A stretch of 64,000 bases of DNA from Chlorokybus atmophyticus (taxonomy: Eukaryota > Plantae > Mesostigma and Chlorokybus algae), in assembly GCA_009103225.1 (NCBI GenBank), contig RHPI01000810.1, positions 1,281,962 to 1,345,961 of the forward strand, given 5' to 3'. This document shows positions 12,368-24,818 of this stretch, piece after piece. A program made the position numbers and the translations under genes. Position 1 is the stretch's first letter, and every line of letters starts with the position of its first letter. Under the pieces are notes generated by a model. It was not told the DNA's origin. It made no database searches and was given only the letters and a program-made list of their open reading frames with translations.

Positions 12368-13884
12368 CGTCGCAACTTTTACACGGTGACTAACAAGGGA
12401 CTGAGGGACTGACGGGTGCCTGCCCCTACTTAACCCTACGATGTGACGGATTGGTCCATAAACGGACTTTTTAAGACGGCTGTTACTATCAAGCAACATA
12501 TACCGACGGCAAGCAGTCGACCGATAAGTACAATAGACGGCGGCCTACCTGTGATGGCAACACCGCACTTTAAGGTGACGGCTGATTGTCGGTCGTCCCA
12601 TTTGCGCGATGGCGACCTATCTGTATAGCAGATAAGTCACATTTTTGTCACATACAGTGACGGCCGGCCGTCGGACGTACCCTAACCGTCGAAAAGTATG
12701 CGCGACGGCCTGCCTACTTTGGCAAGCCAGTCACCGTTAGTCCCTATCAGATGACCTTACCGCGTTTATTAAGTGACGGCCGATCGCCGGTCGTGCACTT
12801 AACGCGGCGGCTACCTACTTATTGTATGTCAAGTATGATAAGCAAGTGACCGCCGATCCCTAAAGGTCGGCAAGTCGGGACGGTAGTACCGGCCGGCAAG
12901 TCGAGACGCTGGTACAATGCAGCCGCCGTACTATGTCAATGGTACGAACAGTGCCATTGTCGCAATGGCACCATCGTACCATTGGTATGGTACGATGGTG
13001 CCATTGCGACAATGGCACTGTTCGTACCATTATAGTAATACGATAATGCCGTTGCGAGTCACATTTCGACCACGCGTTTGAATAACTTGGGCTGCCCAAG
13101 TTATTCAAACGCTCAACGGCTTCAAGTTGAACAGAGCGGCGGCGGCGGCGGCGGCAACGGCTAACAGTAGGTGAGCTTGGTTGCTATCTGACGTTGTACT
13201 ACGCGTAACACCGCATGCCATCTAACCACCCTCCTTGCCTTAGGGCGGCCAGGCCAGGCCAGGCGGCGGCAGCGGCGGCGGTAAAGGAACGGCGGCGGTG
13301 GAGCTGGAGCGGGTGGTGCAGGAGCCGCAGCTCAGTACAAGGGTAGTACTAGCAGTAATACCTAAAGTAGTAGCAGTAGTGGTATTGGTAGCAGTAGTGG
13401 TAGTCTAGTTGTACTAGCAGTAGTAGTAGTAGCTCAGTATATTACATTGTAAAGTACTTATTTATTTATTTTTATAATTTATCACGCATTCTTGCACAGC
13501 TGATGACGACAATCACGTGTGACACCTAATCATGACTGAGCGGTACTAGCAGGTACCTTTGAAGGTACACATCATTAACGGTAGGTACTTGACAATTTCG
13601 CTCAGTTAGCGTACAGTCGCCGATACCTAACTGATAGGTACCGGTCAGTTACCTGTTAGTTAGGTCAAGTCCCCTTTGCTTAATTGTTGAGTAACTGACA
13701 GGTACCTATGAATTAGGGTCAGTTCCTTTATGCAGATGGCCGCCAACCAATGGTGACGGCCGTTATGCTCAGGTCCCTGTATCGAGATCGCCGGTAGACT
13801 GAAGGTCGACAGTCTAAATGAGTATCCTCAGGTGCACCGCCGTTGTCAATAATCAGTCGGCGGCAGGGGAAACAATTTGCGACG
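12368..13884. mobile_element. Non-autonomous repeat element, copy 2 (short TIR CGTCGCAA/TTGCGACG)
   Basis: CGTCGCAA at 12368-12375 and TTGCGACG at 13877-13884; colinear with 6014-7445 in the same orientation; contains two perfect palindromes (12938-13031, 13074-13112). Confidence 0.65.
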
Positions 13885-14025
13885 AATACAATGTTGGTTC
13901 ATTAATTAACACAGATTGTTTTACGACATGATTTTAAATTTATTCTCAAAACATTAGGCCACATCTACAAGCGTGGATTTAAGCAGTATGCGCGCTGCTG
14001 CATTATCCACCCCTACGTGGCAAGC

Positions 14026-14026
<1 letters not shown>

Positions 14027-14120
<94 letters not shown>

Positions 14121-14121
14121 N
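14027..14121. other. Poly-C run ending in N: likely sequencing/scaffold-gap artefact
   Basis: About 94 consecutive C followed by n at 14121. Confidence 0.85.
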
Positions 14122-14871
14122 GCAATTATGGCCCTTTTCAATTGCCATTTAACTATATGATCATTGGCCAATATAGTTGTTGAAAAGCATCCATTGGTGG
14201 ACGAAAAGCGCACGTAACCGTTAAGTAATAAAGCTTATTAGGTATACATTATACAGGCAGCATACACGTATATATTGCAATTATTGTCCATCAGGTTTGT
14301 AATTTTGTGAAGATGTACCGCAATATAACAATTTCATAAACAAACCACATTTTGTTTGGAGTGAACCGTACTCCTTGTTGACATGGCCGATTGAAACTGA
14401 TAATAAGTGTAAACTACATGAGATTTTGTCAAATAGAGCTTGCCGCGCGGTGCTAAATGATATCATATTATGCATTATTGTATAATATTCTTCATGTGTA
14501 GTGTAAGGGAATACATTGCTTAATCATGGGGGACATTGACAGTAGTTGGAGGGAACATAAAACTCTAGACACGGTCTCAGTGCCTTCTATAATAGGAGCA
14601 CAAACCTCCATATACGACATAAAGAGTCTTGCTAACATCGCAATAACGCCAATCCTACAGATTGTCACGGATGTATCCGTAGAGAGATACATTGCATATG
14701 AAAGTAAATATAAGGGGGCCATTGATGGTGGTTAGAACTCCAAGATTAAGCATCTTAATGCCTCTCACGCGAGCATAAAACCGCTATATATGGCATATAG
14801 GGAGTTCCATCCACACCGCAACAGCGTTTGGTTTATAAAGTGCAATGGGATACATGGATTGTGAAAAGACC

Positions 14872-15025
14872 GGGGTCATTAATGGTATGTCCCAATTGGA
14901 GGGAACATTGAACTCCCAGACTGGGCGTCTCAGTGCCCATAATGCAACCGGGGTCATTGATGGTAGGTCCCAATTTGCAGGGAACATTGAACTCCCAGGC
15001 TGGGCGTCTCAGTGCCCATAATGCG
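14872..15025 (+). repeat. Two tandem copies of a ~78-bp unit, with a diverged third copy near 14530-14630
   Basis: GGGGTCATT(A/G)ATGGTA(T/G)GTCCCAATT..GGGAACATTGAACTCCCAG(A/G)CTGGGCGTCTCAGTGCCCATAATGC occurs twice in tandem; related GGAGGGAACATAAAACTC...GTCTCAGTGCC at about 14548-14585. Confidence 0.8.
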
Positions 15026-15168
15026 AGCACAAACCTTTCTAGATATGGCATAAGAGAGTCCCAGCAACAACGCAATAGCGCAGAATACGCAAAATTTCGT
15101 ATTTAGATAAACAAGTCCACATCCAAAAGGATGTCACTAAGAAGCCATGCTCCTCTGGAATTCGACAG

Positions 15169-15242
15169 TGCCCCCGGGCGGAGTCGAACCGCCGACCTCC
15201 CGCTTACTAAACGGGTGCTCTAACCAACTGAGCTACGTGGGC
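15169..15242 (-). tRNA. trnT-AGT: tRNA-Thr (anticodon AGT), intronless
   Basis: Reverse complement GCCCACGTAGCTCAGTTGGTTAGAGCACCCGTTTAGTAAGCGGGAGGTCGGCGGTTCGACTCCGCCCGGGGGCA folds as a cloverleaf: D stem GCTC/GAGC, anticodon loop TTAGTAA, T arm GGCGG-TTCGACT-CCGCC; one A5:G68 mismatch. Confidence 0.95.
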
Positions 15243-15605
15243 AGGCGATGCACTCCACCCAGCAGCATATAATTATATCTATATGTTATAAAGATGTCGC
15301 CTTCTGATCCATACCCACCTAAATCACCGCGATGTTACTCCTTTGTAGCCGTAGCTACGGTGGCGGCGGTGGAGTGGCTGTCTGGTTGTTCGTCGCTGCG
15401 TGTGACGGTGAGCACAACATCAAGCCGCAGCTGTTGTTGCGTTGGATGGGCACTTGCGTAAATGCTTGTTGGTGATTGCTTCAAATTCTAGCAGCATGGT
15501 CGGATGATCAGCAGCTAGCATGCGTGCTTGCCAGTCGTCATGCTCGTCGGCATGCGTATTCAGGCGCTTAGGTTGTAAGGTCTAGGGCTTGCAGCGGTTG
15601 CCATC

Positions 15606-18600
15606 ATGGCTGCTCAGAAGGTTAAACGGAAGCGCAAGGCCGGGACGGATAAGAAGGAAGAAGCTGCTACCCTCGCTGCGGCGGTGGTTGATGTCGCTGC
15701 TTGGGCCAGCGCAAAGACCTTTGAGGAGCTGCCTCTCAGTGGTACGTGGGCAACTCACGTGTATATGTAGCAATTCAGCAATTAGTCAACAGAGCTTGAA
15801 GCAAGCTTTCAACAGCTGTCGTTATTTATCTCGCTGTTCCGGAGAATGTACAGCCCATCAAGACTGCTGAAAGCACAGCACTGGCTTTGGGCTATACTAT
15901 GTGTGAGCATCCGCAGTAGAGATTGCTCAAGCGCTTGCAGATGAGGCGCACACCAAGACTTGCATCATGATCGCATGTAGTTTGACACTACTGCATATGC
16001 CTGCAACCATGCAGGCAAGACTCAGGCAGGCCTCCGTGCGGCGAAGTATAAGACCATGACGGCGATTCAGGCCGCCAGCATGCGCTTCTCTTTGCCTGGA
16101 AAAGATGTGCTTGGCGCGGCAAAGACTGGAAGCGGCAAGACGCTTGCTTTCATAATTCCAATACTTGAAGGTGAGTTTGTGAGCTTATGTCAACATTGCG
16201 CATGGCACTAGTCAGCACGTGTAGAGCGCATAGGCATGCCAGCCTTGGAGTGAAACAGGAGCTATATGGCATGGGTAACAATGAAACATCATTGCCAGGA
16301 TCATGTGAAACACAACTTGTGCTAAAGTTGGTTTGGTGCTTTACCAAGCAGCTTAGTGCCTGCGTGGTGTGCAACAACTCACAACGTGACAGTGCTTTGG
16401 CGACAGCAATGGGGCCCCAAGGATGGATTGGGTGCGCTCATCATCACGCCCACGCGCGAGCTGGGTAGCCAGATTTTTGACGAGCTGCGCAAGGTATATG
16501 CAACGTGCAAGGCATCTTCCTTTCTCAAGTTGCCAGTTGTAAGCACTAGGTGTACCCAACTACTCTTGCCCTGTGCAGGTTGGAAAGCATCACGGTCTCA
16601 GCGGGGGTTTGCTCATTGGAGGCCGGAAGGGCATTGATGACGAGCGTGATCGGGTCGGGATGCTCAACATCCTCATAGCCACACCCGGTAGGCTGCTGCA
16701 GCATCTGGATCAAGCCCCCAACTTTGACACTGCACAGTTGCAGGTAGGCAGGACATATCAGAACTCATGTGGACTATGTTGTTGCCATGTGTAGCGGTTG
16801 TTTCGCGCTAGTGTTGTGGCGCTTGATATCTGCCTGTCCATGCAGGTGTTGGTTTTGGATGAGGCGGATCGCATCCTTGACCTGGGTTTCGCAGCGGCTT
16901 TGAATGCCATCATTGCACATCTGCCCAAGAAAAGGCAAACTCTGTTGTTCTCTGCCACGCAGGTGCGCTTATAGCGTATAGCATATGCATGCATGAACTA
17001 TATATAAGCTTGTGGAGGTTAACATGTTCACATACCAACACCACATCATTACTGCTTTGCAGACAAAGAGTGTGAAGGACCTTGCAAGGTTATCACTCAA
17101 GGACCCGGAGTTTGTCTCTGTGCATGCAGAGGCCCCCACCGCCACCCCTGCCAGGCTACAACAGGTATTGACGTGCAACTGGTGCTGATGACACCAACGA
17201 TAGTTCTGCGTAGTAATGGGTGTGGCATAGCGGTTGGGCTGTGCTTACTTGTGGGGACTGCTTACAGAGCTACATGGTGTGCGATGCTGCATTGAAGCTG
17301 GACCTTCTTTGGTCTTTTATCAAAACGCATCTGAAAGCCAAGTCCCTCGTTTTCTTCTCCTCATGCAAGCAGGTAAGGTGTGCATGCCGCCTCTAATCTG
17401 ATAGGTGAGCACTACTTGTCGCACTTGGTGCGCCACAACTACATGGCTCATGGCTGACTATTGGGACAATCATAATGTAACCGTTACAGGTGCAGTTTGT
17501 GCATGAAGCCATGCGGCAGCTGCGCCCAGGCATCATTGTTTCATGTCTGCATGGCAAGATGAATCAGTCCAAAAGATTGGGAGCGTTCTACGATTTCAAC
17601 AGCGCCAAGTATGCAGTGCTCTTTGCCACTGATGTAGCAGCCAGAGGACTTGATTTTGCAAATGTCGACTGGGTTGTGCAGGTTGGTGCCAGTGCATCCT
17701 GTTGTATGATTGTGCACACTGATTGGTATGCACATACTACCTGACAGGCTCTAGCAAGTATGACTACCACCATGGTAGCACAAGCTTACGGGCAGGAGTA
17801 TGTGGCAGGTCGATTGCCCAGAAGACGTTGCTCAGTACATACATCGTGCGGGCCGCACTGCGCGCTATGTGTCGCATGGGCGTTCCTTGTTGATGTTGAC
17901 GAGCAGAGAGGCTGAAGGGTTCGTTCCTTTGCTGACGGAGGCAAAAGTACCCGCACAGGTAACTGTCGGAATATCACTGGCATCTGCACAGTCTCATAGC
18001 TCTGTGTAGCTTTGTCTCACTGGCTTTGTTACGTCCATGCTGCAGGAGATCAGGGTGAACCCACACAAGACACAGTCTGTGACGGCAGCCTTGGCCTCGC
18101 TGCTTTCCAAAGATGCAGCCCTCAAGCTGACAGCACAGGTAGGGTGTCTGCACGCAGCACTGTGAACATGCACAATGTGTGCTCACAGTGTGATGCATGT
18201 TGACTTTGTTAACTACATGCAGAAAGCGCTGGTGTCTTATGTGCGCTCAGTGCATTTGCAAAGGAACAAGAATGTGTTTGAGGCACGCAGCCTGCCAATA
18301 GCAGAGATGGCGAGGGCGATGGGGTTGCCGAGCACACCCACCATGCGGTTCATGAAGCGCAATACAGGGAGCAACGCCAACGGTGCCAGCGGCCACACTA
18401 CTGATCCGGAGGATGAGGATGGCAATGGCAACACCAATCACCGTGATCAGGAGCATGATACAAGTGATGATGAGATACTGAATGTCAAGCGTATTGACCA
18501 TGATTTGAGGACGCGCGAATCAAGTGGAAGTGAAGCTGAAGATGTTCAGACTCCAACACGTGGTGTCGGCGATGCTGTCATACCGTTGCCAGTAAAGTAA

Positions 18601-19632
18601 GCCACTGGCGTGAGGCCATTGCAACAACATCTCTGGCCTTCTTGCATCTTGGAGTGTTATCCAGGTTTGCACCAAGTGCATCTGCGTGCGCGCATCTCTC
18701 AGGGTGCAGCCATCATTCTATGATTGACATTCGTCCTGATCTTGATGGTTACAGGGCCCCGAAGAAAAAGAAGATGAAGATCAAACCCGACGGTGCCAAT
18801 CGTCACAATCAGCGGTTTGTCTTTGATGATTCAGGCGAGAGGCTCACGCCGCTGGCCAACTTTGCGAAGCAGCACAGTGCACAGGAAGGTATGTGAGGAG
18901 GTTTGTAGCAGCTCATCAGCTTATCTTAACACTGCTGTTGTAGTCTACTTTCTCTGCGAGGGCTCACTGACTGCTTGTCTGTTGTTCACATGTGCACAGA
19001 GCGCACCAATGAAGGTGACCTCAACGACAATGCTGAGCAAGACGCCGTCAAGCAGCGGTATGAGCAACTGCGCGAACGCATGCGTGCACGTGACCGAGTA
19101 GATAAGGAGGCACAGCGGCAGCGGCTGCGTGACCAGAAGCTTGTGAAGAAGCGCAAGCTGGCGGGGAGAGCAGACAAGGATGAAGATGAGCCGGAGGTGG
19201 GATGATTGCCTCTTGTCTGCCACATGGAAACATATTTTCAACTCTTTCGACAACTTATGACACATGACAAGCAATCGCATTGCTTGTCACGAGTCGCCTT
19301 CTTCTCCTTTTACCTTGCTCGTCAGGATTCTCTGCACAAACTCTCTGCTGAGATCAGTGCGCATCTGCAGTCAGGGACAACATTCTGACATCAACCATGC
19401 AGAGTATTGTTGGAGATGCGTGTACTGCTTGCAGGTGACACTGGGCCGGGCAGGGAGCGGCAGTGATGTGGAGAGTGGCAGTGACCGCTCTCCGGACCAC
19501 AGCGAGCCAGATGAGCCAGATAACAGGCAACACGCTGGAAAGAAGGCAGGCAAGCGGGCTAACCGTGAGCAGGGCATGTCGCTACATGAGCAAGAGGCTT
19601 TGGCCTTGAGGTTGCTCGATTCAAGGACGTGA
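15606..19632 (+). CDS. DBP4: DEAD-box RNA helicase DBP4/DDX10 (RH32-like), multi-exon
   Basis: Exons encode [80 protein letters not shown], the DBP4-type C-terminal [19 protein letters not shown], and final [13 protein letters not shown] (stop 19630-19632). Confidence 0.95.
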
Positions 19633-20348
19633 CACTGTAGTATGAGCCTACTAGGTTGCAATGCCTGCTTGCATGCATGCGAGTAGTTTTTATCAATGCC
19701 AAACCTAACAGCTGCGAGGATGGCATGCGGCTTCCCCACCAAGAATTGGCACCGCCCAAGCATGAACCTGAAGAGTTCCGTCTCGGCAGATTTGCAACGC
19801 GCAGATCTGCTGACTCTCCAAAATGGTGTGTGGTGTAAATATGCATGGCTCGCATACTGAGTGTGCTTTGAATGGCCTTCGCTAGCACCGCTAAGCGGAA
19901 CAGTTGCAGTGCCACTGCGCACCCTCCCACCCTCTTGATACTGTCCACAAGTATGATGGCAAATACATGTCACCATGCATGTGCATTGCCGTTTCGCATT
20001 GTTTGTACATACAGCTCGCTTGCAAAATAGAGCAGTGCTGATTGCGCAATGCATTGCATGCTCATGCGCACTCGCACACTTCAACAGTACATGGAAACAT
20101 GGCCCCGAGAGAACAAGACATTTTCTTGTCCGGCATGGTAAGCTAACTTCTTGACCAACATTGAGAGCCATCCCTGGTCGAGCAGGTTGTCTGGTTGCTG
20201 TCGTGAGCCGGTGCAGTATGCTATGCAGGTTCGTTGTTTTAGAAGTTGCAGTGCTGTTTGCGATGACAATAGCGCCAAGCCAATGAGGATGGCTACAAGT
20301 GTGTGCGCGAGTGTTAATTGGGCGCAGTCCCTTGCATGCGTGCAGACG

Positions 20349-23300
20349 TCACCTGTTGCGCAGGCGCCATATTGCATCAGCTACGCGGACAGCATCTCGG
20401 ACCGCAGCCACGTTGTGCGCGCGAATGATATCCGCGCCACCATTCACAGCAGCTGCCTGCGGACAATGTGCGAGCACTGCGTCAACAATGTGCAACACCA
20501 TGGGCAAGGTGCGGCAAATTGATGGTCCACCACCACATGAACCACAGCACCACCAGCTGACTGCACGTGCACCATTGCCTGTGGCCATTGAATTGAAACA
20601 ATGCAACAACAGCAACTGTGCTGCGGTTACACAGTTTAAACATTGTGTACATGGTGTGCAACTTACCACACGTTGACTACTGACAAGTCAATGCATAGTT
20701 ACTGTGCACAAGTACAAGGCAATTGCAATGGCACAAACTCAATAAAGGGGGATGGCTCACCGCTGCTGCTGCAGTTGCGTAATCGCGTTCACTTGCATGC
20801 TGGCGACCTGTGAGCTTCCCAAGAAAACCCTGCATGATGCGACAAACTTCACCCAAGCTGCGACGTCTGTTGTGAGACAAGCCAAAATGGAATACACGCA
20901 ACGACTGTTTGATCACCTTCCTTGAAGGCCCCAGCAAGTAAGGGCAGCTTGCAAGCGTGCCAATACTCATGCTTTGCCTCAACTCCTTTGTGCCTGCCGG
21001 CAGTGCTGAGCGTGGGCACCAGGTGCTAGGCTTGCAACCACAAGTTTGCTGCTGCAAACCAAGCGTAATAAGCAATATCAAACAATGCGTTGCTCACCAG
21101 CCAGCAGTGCGAGGTTGCCCTCAACAGTTTTAGAGAAGCCCAGACCTGCCAGCAATAAGCAGTCAAGCAACTGCAACTCTCAAGCCTGTATTGTTGTGAC
21201 GATGCAGTAGTAATGAGCATGTTTGCTGGATGCATACCACCACAAGCAAGCTGCGTCAATGAATAGCGCAAGGCAGTAATGCATAATGGACAGATGGTGC
21301 ACAACTGCTGCACAGACTAGTGAAGCTACGCATGCAACTGCTGTCATGCCACCGCCGTCTCCTATTCAAGTTTGCAGGTGCATGTAGGTAGACCGACAAA
21401 GGTGGGCTGAGTTCTGCATGTAGACAAACCAACAAAACGCACAAAACATCACCCTGCTGAGTGCATGCTTGCGTTTATTTCATTTCAAGAGCAAGAGCTG
21501 GACACAAGAGCACCCAGCCATCATCCTGGACTATCCCACCCACCAGGGTCCAGCAGCAGGCGCCAGCCCTCAACTCCAGCGCACATGGCCTCCTCGGCAC
21601 GGTGTGAGAGCTCCCGCGCAACATCCACATGCACGTCATTGTAAGCTGTGTTTTCCGCGTTCTGCATTGTTGATGGGTCTCCGCGGCTGTGCATGGCAGC
21701 GTAAGGTACACCTAGCTCGGCGACCGTCGACCTACACATACAAAGCATTTGCCATGATGTGAGGTTCTCCTCAAGCACTGCCCCCTAAACCTAAGGAGGG
21801 TGGAAGGTCCATGGTTGGATGAGACATTTCATGAAAGAACTTACAGCATAGCTGAGTCCCAACGCCCAGCAGACACGTCATTGACAATGGTAGCGCCAGC
21901 TTGCACAGCCTCTTCAGCAACCTGCATGTTGTCGCTGTCAGCTTCTGCACGTGACATATACACACACAATACCAGTAAGCTGTGTCACGCAGCCTTAGGT
22001 ACATACTCCACAATAGTATGCGTGTATCCAAATAAAAATGCTGCATTTCACTGACCGCAAGCACTTACACAACTTGCATGCATCTGTGTGCCTCCACGCA
22101 CCTTGGAATAGAATGTATCAATAGAGATAGCCACATTCTGAAGTGTAGGAGACGCTGCTATGCGCTGCAGCACTGGCAACACTCTAATCAGCTCCTCCTG
22201 TATATGCAAGGCAAAGTGACAAGTTCAGTTAGTCCATATTGCCCAAAGGTTTGTATACAACTGGCCCATGCACAACCATACAGCACCTCAGCTGGTATGC
22301 GCGACGCTCCAGGTCGTGTGGATTGGCCACCGATGTCAATAATGTCCGCGCCTTCAGCTGCCATTCGCTCTGCCTGCTCTGCCGCACAACATGCAATGCA
22401 CGCAGATTGTCATGTCATCACCAATAGACAGCAAACTGCAGCTGCCTTCAATAAATGTGCTGTGAACAGATACACGAGTATAGTAGTTAAAGGTTGCCCA
22501 GTACCTGTGCAACTGCATCCTCAACGGAGAAGTACATTCGACCGTCACTAAAACTGCCCATATTTACATCACTTAGTACTGGCGCATCAGCATATGACCA
22601 CATTTGAGCCACATTTGTGCCTACCTGTCGGGTGTTACATTGAGCACTCCCATGACATGCGTACGTTGGCCCCAACTCCACAGCCCATTTCCTAGAGGCA
22701 TGACCCTTCTCAAGTCATCTGTGCTGCAGCAACAAAGCATCATCGACGGGGTTCTGGCTGAAGATTACCCAACCAATTGACGACATCCGCTTCTTACCCT
22801 ACACGCGCTTCACCACCATCGCAAACCCACTGCCGAACGAGGTCCTTGGCAAGCCCCTGGCATGTTGATGTGGCGGCTGCCGGTTCGTGTCCTTGCTGTT
22901 GCAGGCTGGGAGGCAGCAGGTCACGCAGTGGCGCCATCACAAAATCCCGCTCTTGCATCCTGTTTCATTTATATCAATATATGACGTTTTGCACCGCTCC
23001 TGACCTTGTCAACATTGTACCAACTTCTGCAAGTAAGCCCCAGCTACTGTGAGCAAGTGCCAAGCATAGAAGTGGCTTACTAGTGCAGCTTCTACATGCT
23101 TAGAGTAGTCACTGGCGTGTCTCCAGGCTACAAATGAACGGACTGGACGAGCATCAACAATGTGGCACACCCACATATGCGAACATGTATGCTCTACATG
23201 GGATAAACACATCAATCAAACTCCATGTGCCAGCTTGACATCAAAGTGATCTGCAGTTGCGGTTGCCGGCCTTTGTTGTGGATACGTGCTACGTCGTGTG

Positions 23301-24570
23301 GTTCAGATTGATGCGCGTGCACATACGTCATTCGTACATTACCTTGGGTGCGGTATGTGCAAAGGCAGCTTCTCGTCCTCTCTGTTCACACGCTCCTCCC
23401 CATACAGTATAATATCCAGGTCTATTGGTCTGGGACCATACCTGCCGTAGCTGACGTGAACTAATGGTTACTGATGGTAACTAATGGAACAAACAATTAT
23501 TGTTGGCATGCGCATGCGTACCGTTGACCGCCCGTTGTTCTACCCAAGCTTTGCTCAATCGACTGCACGAATGCAAAGGACGAACACAATACTGTCAGCT
23601 TGCAAAGAAGCTACATTGACCCCACTGTAAGACATGGTCACGCTATCACAACCTTCAAAGAGCTGAGCAATGACTCTGGAGGTAATCTGGTGTGAGCGCG
23701 AACAGCTGCATTCAGAAAGGCTGGCTGCTCTGTGACATACGCCGGAGCACTCTGGTGGTCAAGAAAGAAAACGTAAAAGCTCTGCGTAATGAAATGGAGC
23801 TTCCACTGCGAAACGTGCTACTTTGCCACACAACATGTCAACATATGGCAACTGAACCTGGTAGAGACTCGAGTGCGCAGTGACTGTGATGCCAGCCTGC
23901 AGCAATAAAGCTGTGTGACGTCGTCTTACAAGAAGTGTATGCAGTCGTTGACATTGTTCGGTTGAACACCCCAACTCTTCCCTGCGTTGATTGCTGCTAT
24001 GCAGGCAGGCACTCTCACCTGCTTCATGTGTTTCAATGCAGCACGCATATTGGCCACCCGGTCACCAAGCTGCCATGCCAAGTTGACTAGAATTAGCTCA
24101 ATAATGAACGAAGTCTCCATGTTATGGAAACAATCTCAAGTCCACGTTCACCAATACATGCTGCTGATGTGTGTCTCGGTGACAATCGACACAAGCTGCA
24201 AGCTTGCATTTCCAACAGCATGCATTTCCAACAGCTGGTGCAAGCATACACGGTTGGGGTAACACGTTGGGCGGCACAGTACAAACTATCCCACCAAGCA
24301 TGCAAGCTGCGCTCACCTGAAGGTGCATGGGAAAGGCAACGACAGTTCATGTCGTGAAGCAAGGCACACTGGGCATTCAGTTGACGTGGATGTTGTATTT
24401 GTTGAGCATCACACGCGCGATGACGGAATCGTTCAACACTGACAGCAAAGACAGAAGCTCACACAGTACTTGTTCTCTCTCTACACAAAGCTCACATTGC
24501 TTCCGAGGGCGATAACCACTTCTACAGAACCAGCCGCCGTTGCCGCCATGGTGGACACACTCCGCCACAT
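20349..24570 (-). CDS. HPPK/DHPS: Bifunctional HPPK-dihydropteroate synthase (folate synthesis), plant type, multi-exon
   Basis: Exons encode EVVIALGSN|LGDRVANMRAAL, YGPRPIDLDIILYG, HIPHP, WGQRTHVMGVLNVTPD|SFSDG, YAAMHSRGDPSTMQ, LLDPG, LEGPSRK, GGADIIRAHNVAAVRDAVRVADAIWR*. ATG 24570 gives a presequence-like MWRSVSTMAATAAG; an extra upstream exon from ATG 24780 is also possible. Confidence 0.93.
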
Positions 24571-24818
24571 GGAGGAGAGCTTTTTCCTTCACAACTTACC
24601 ACCGCCCCAAGCCGGCAGGTCGTCACGGGAAGCCCCTCGCCGCCGCCATCTTGGTCGTGGCCAACAAGCTGCTTGAGCATGCAAGTGTGCGAGGGCGTGT
24701 CTACGGACAAGCTTGAGCGAGCAGACACGGCTCAGTGCACTGCTACACGGCGTGAGACACGTTGAAAGAAGCGTGTCCATAGTGCCAATGCGTGTAGAAG
24801 TTAGTGCATAAGCATAGC

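Noticed and set aside
13954-14213. Poly-Gly ORFs
   Set aside because: They come from the poly-C run next to an N; likely artefact.
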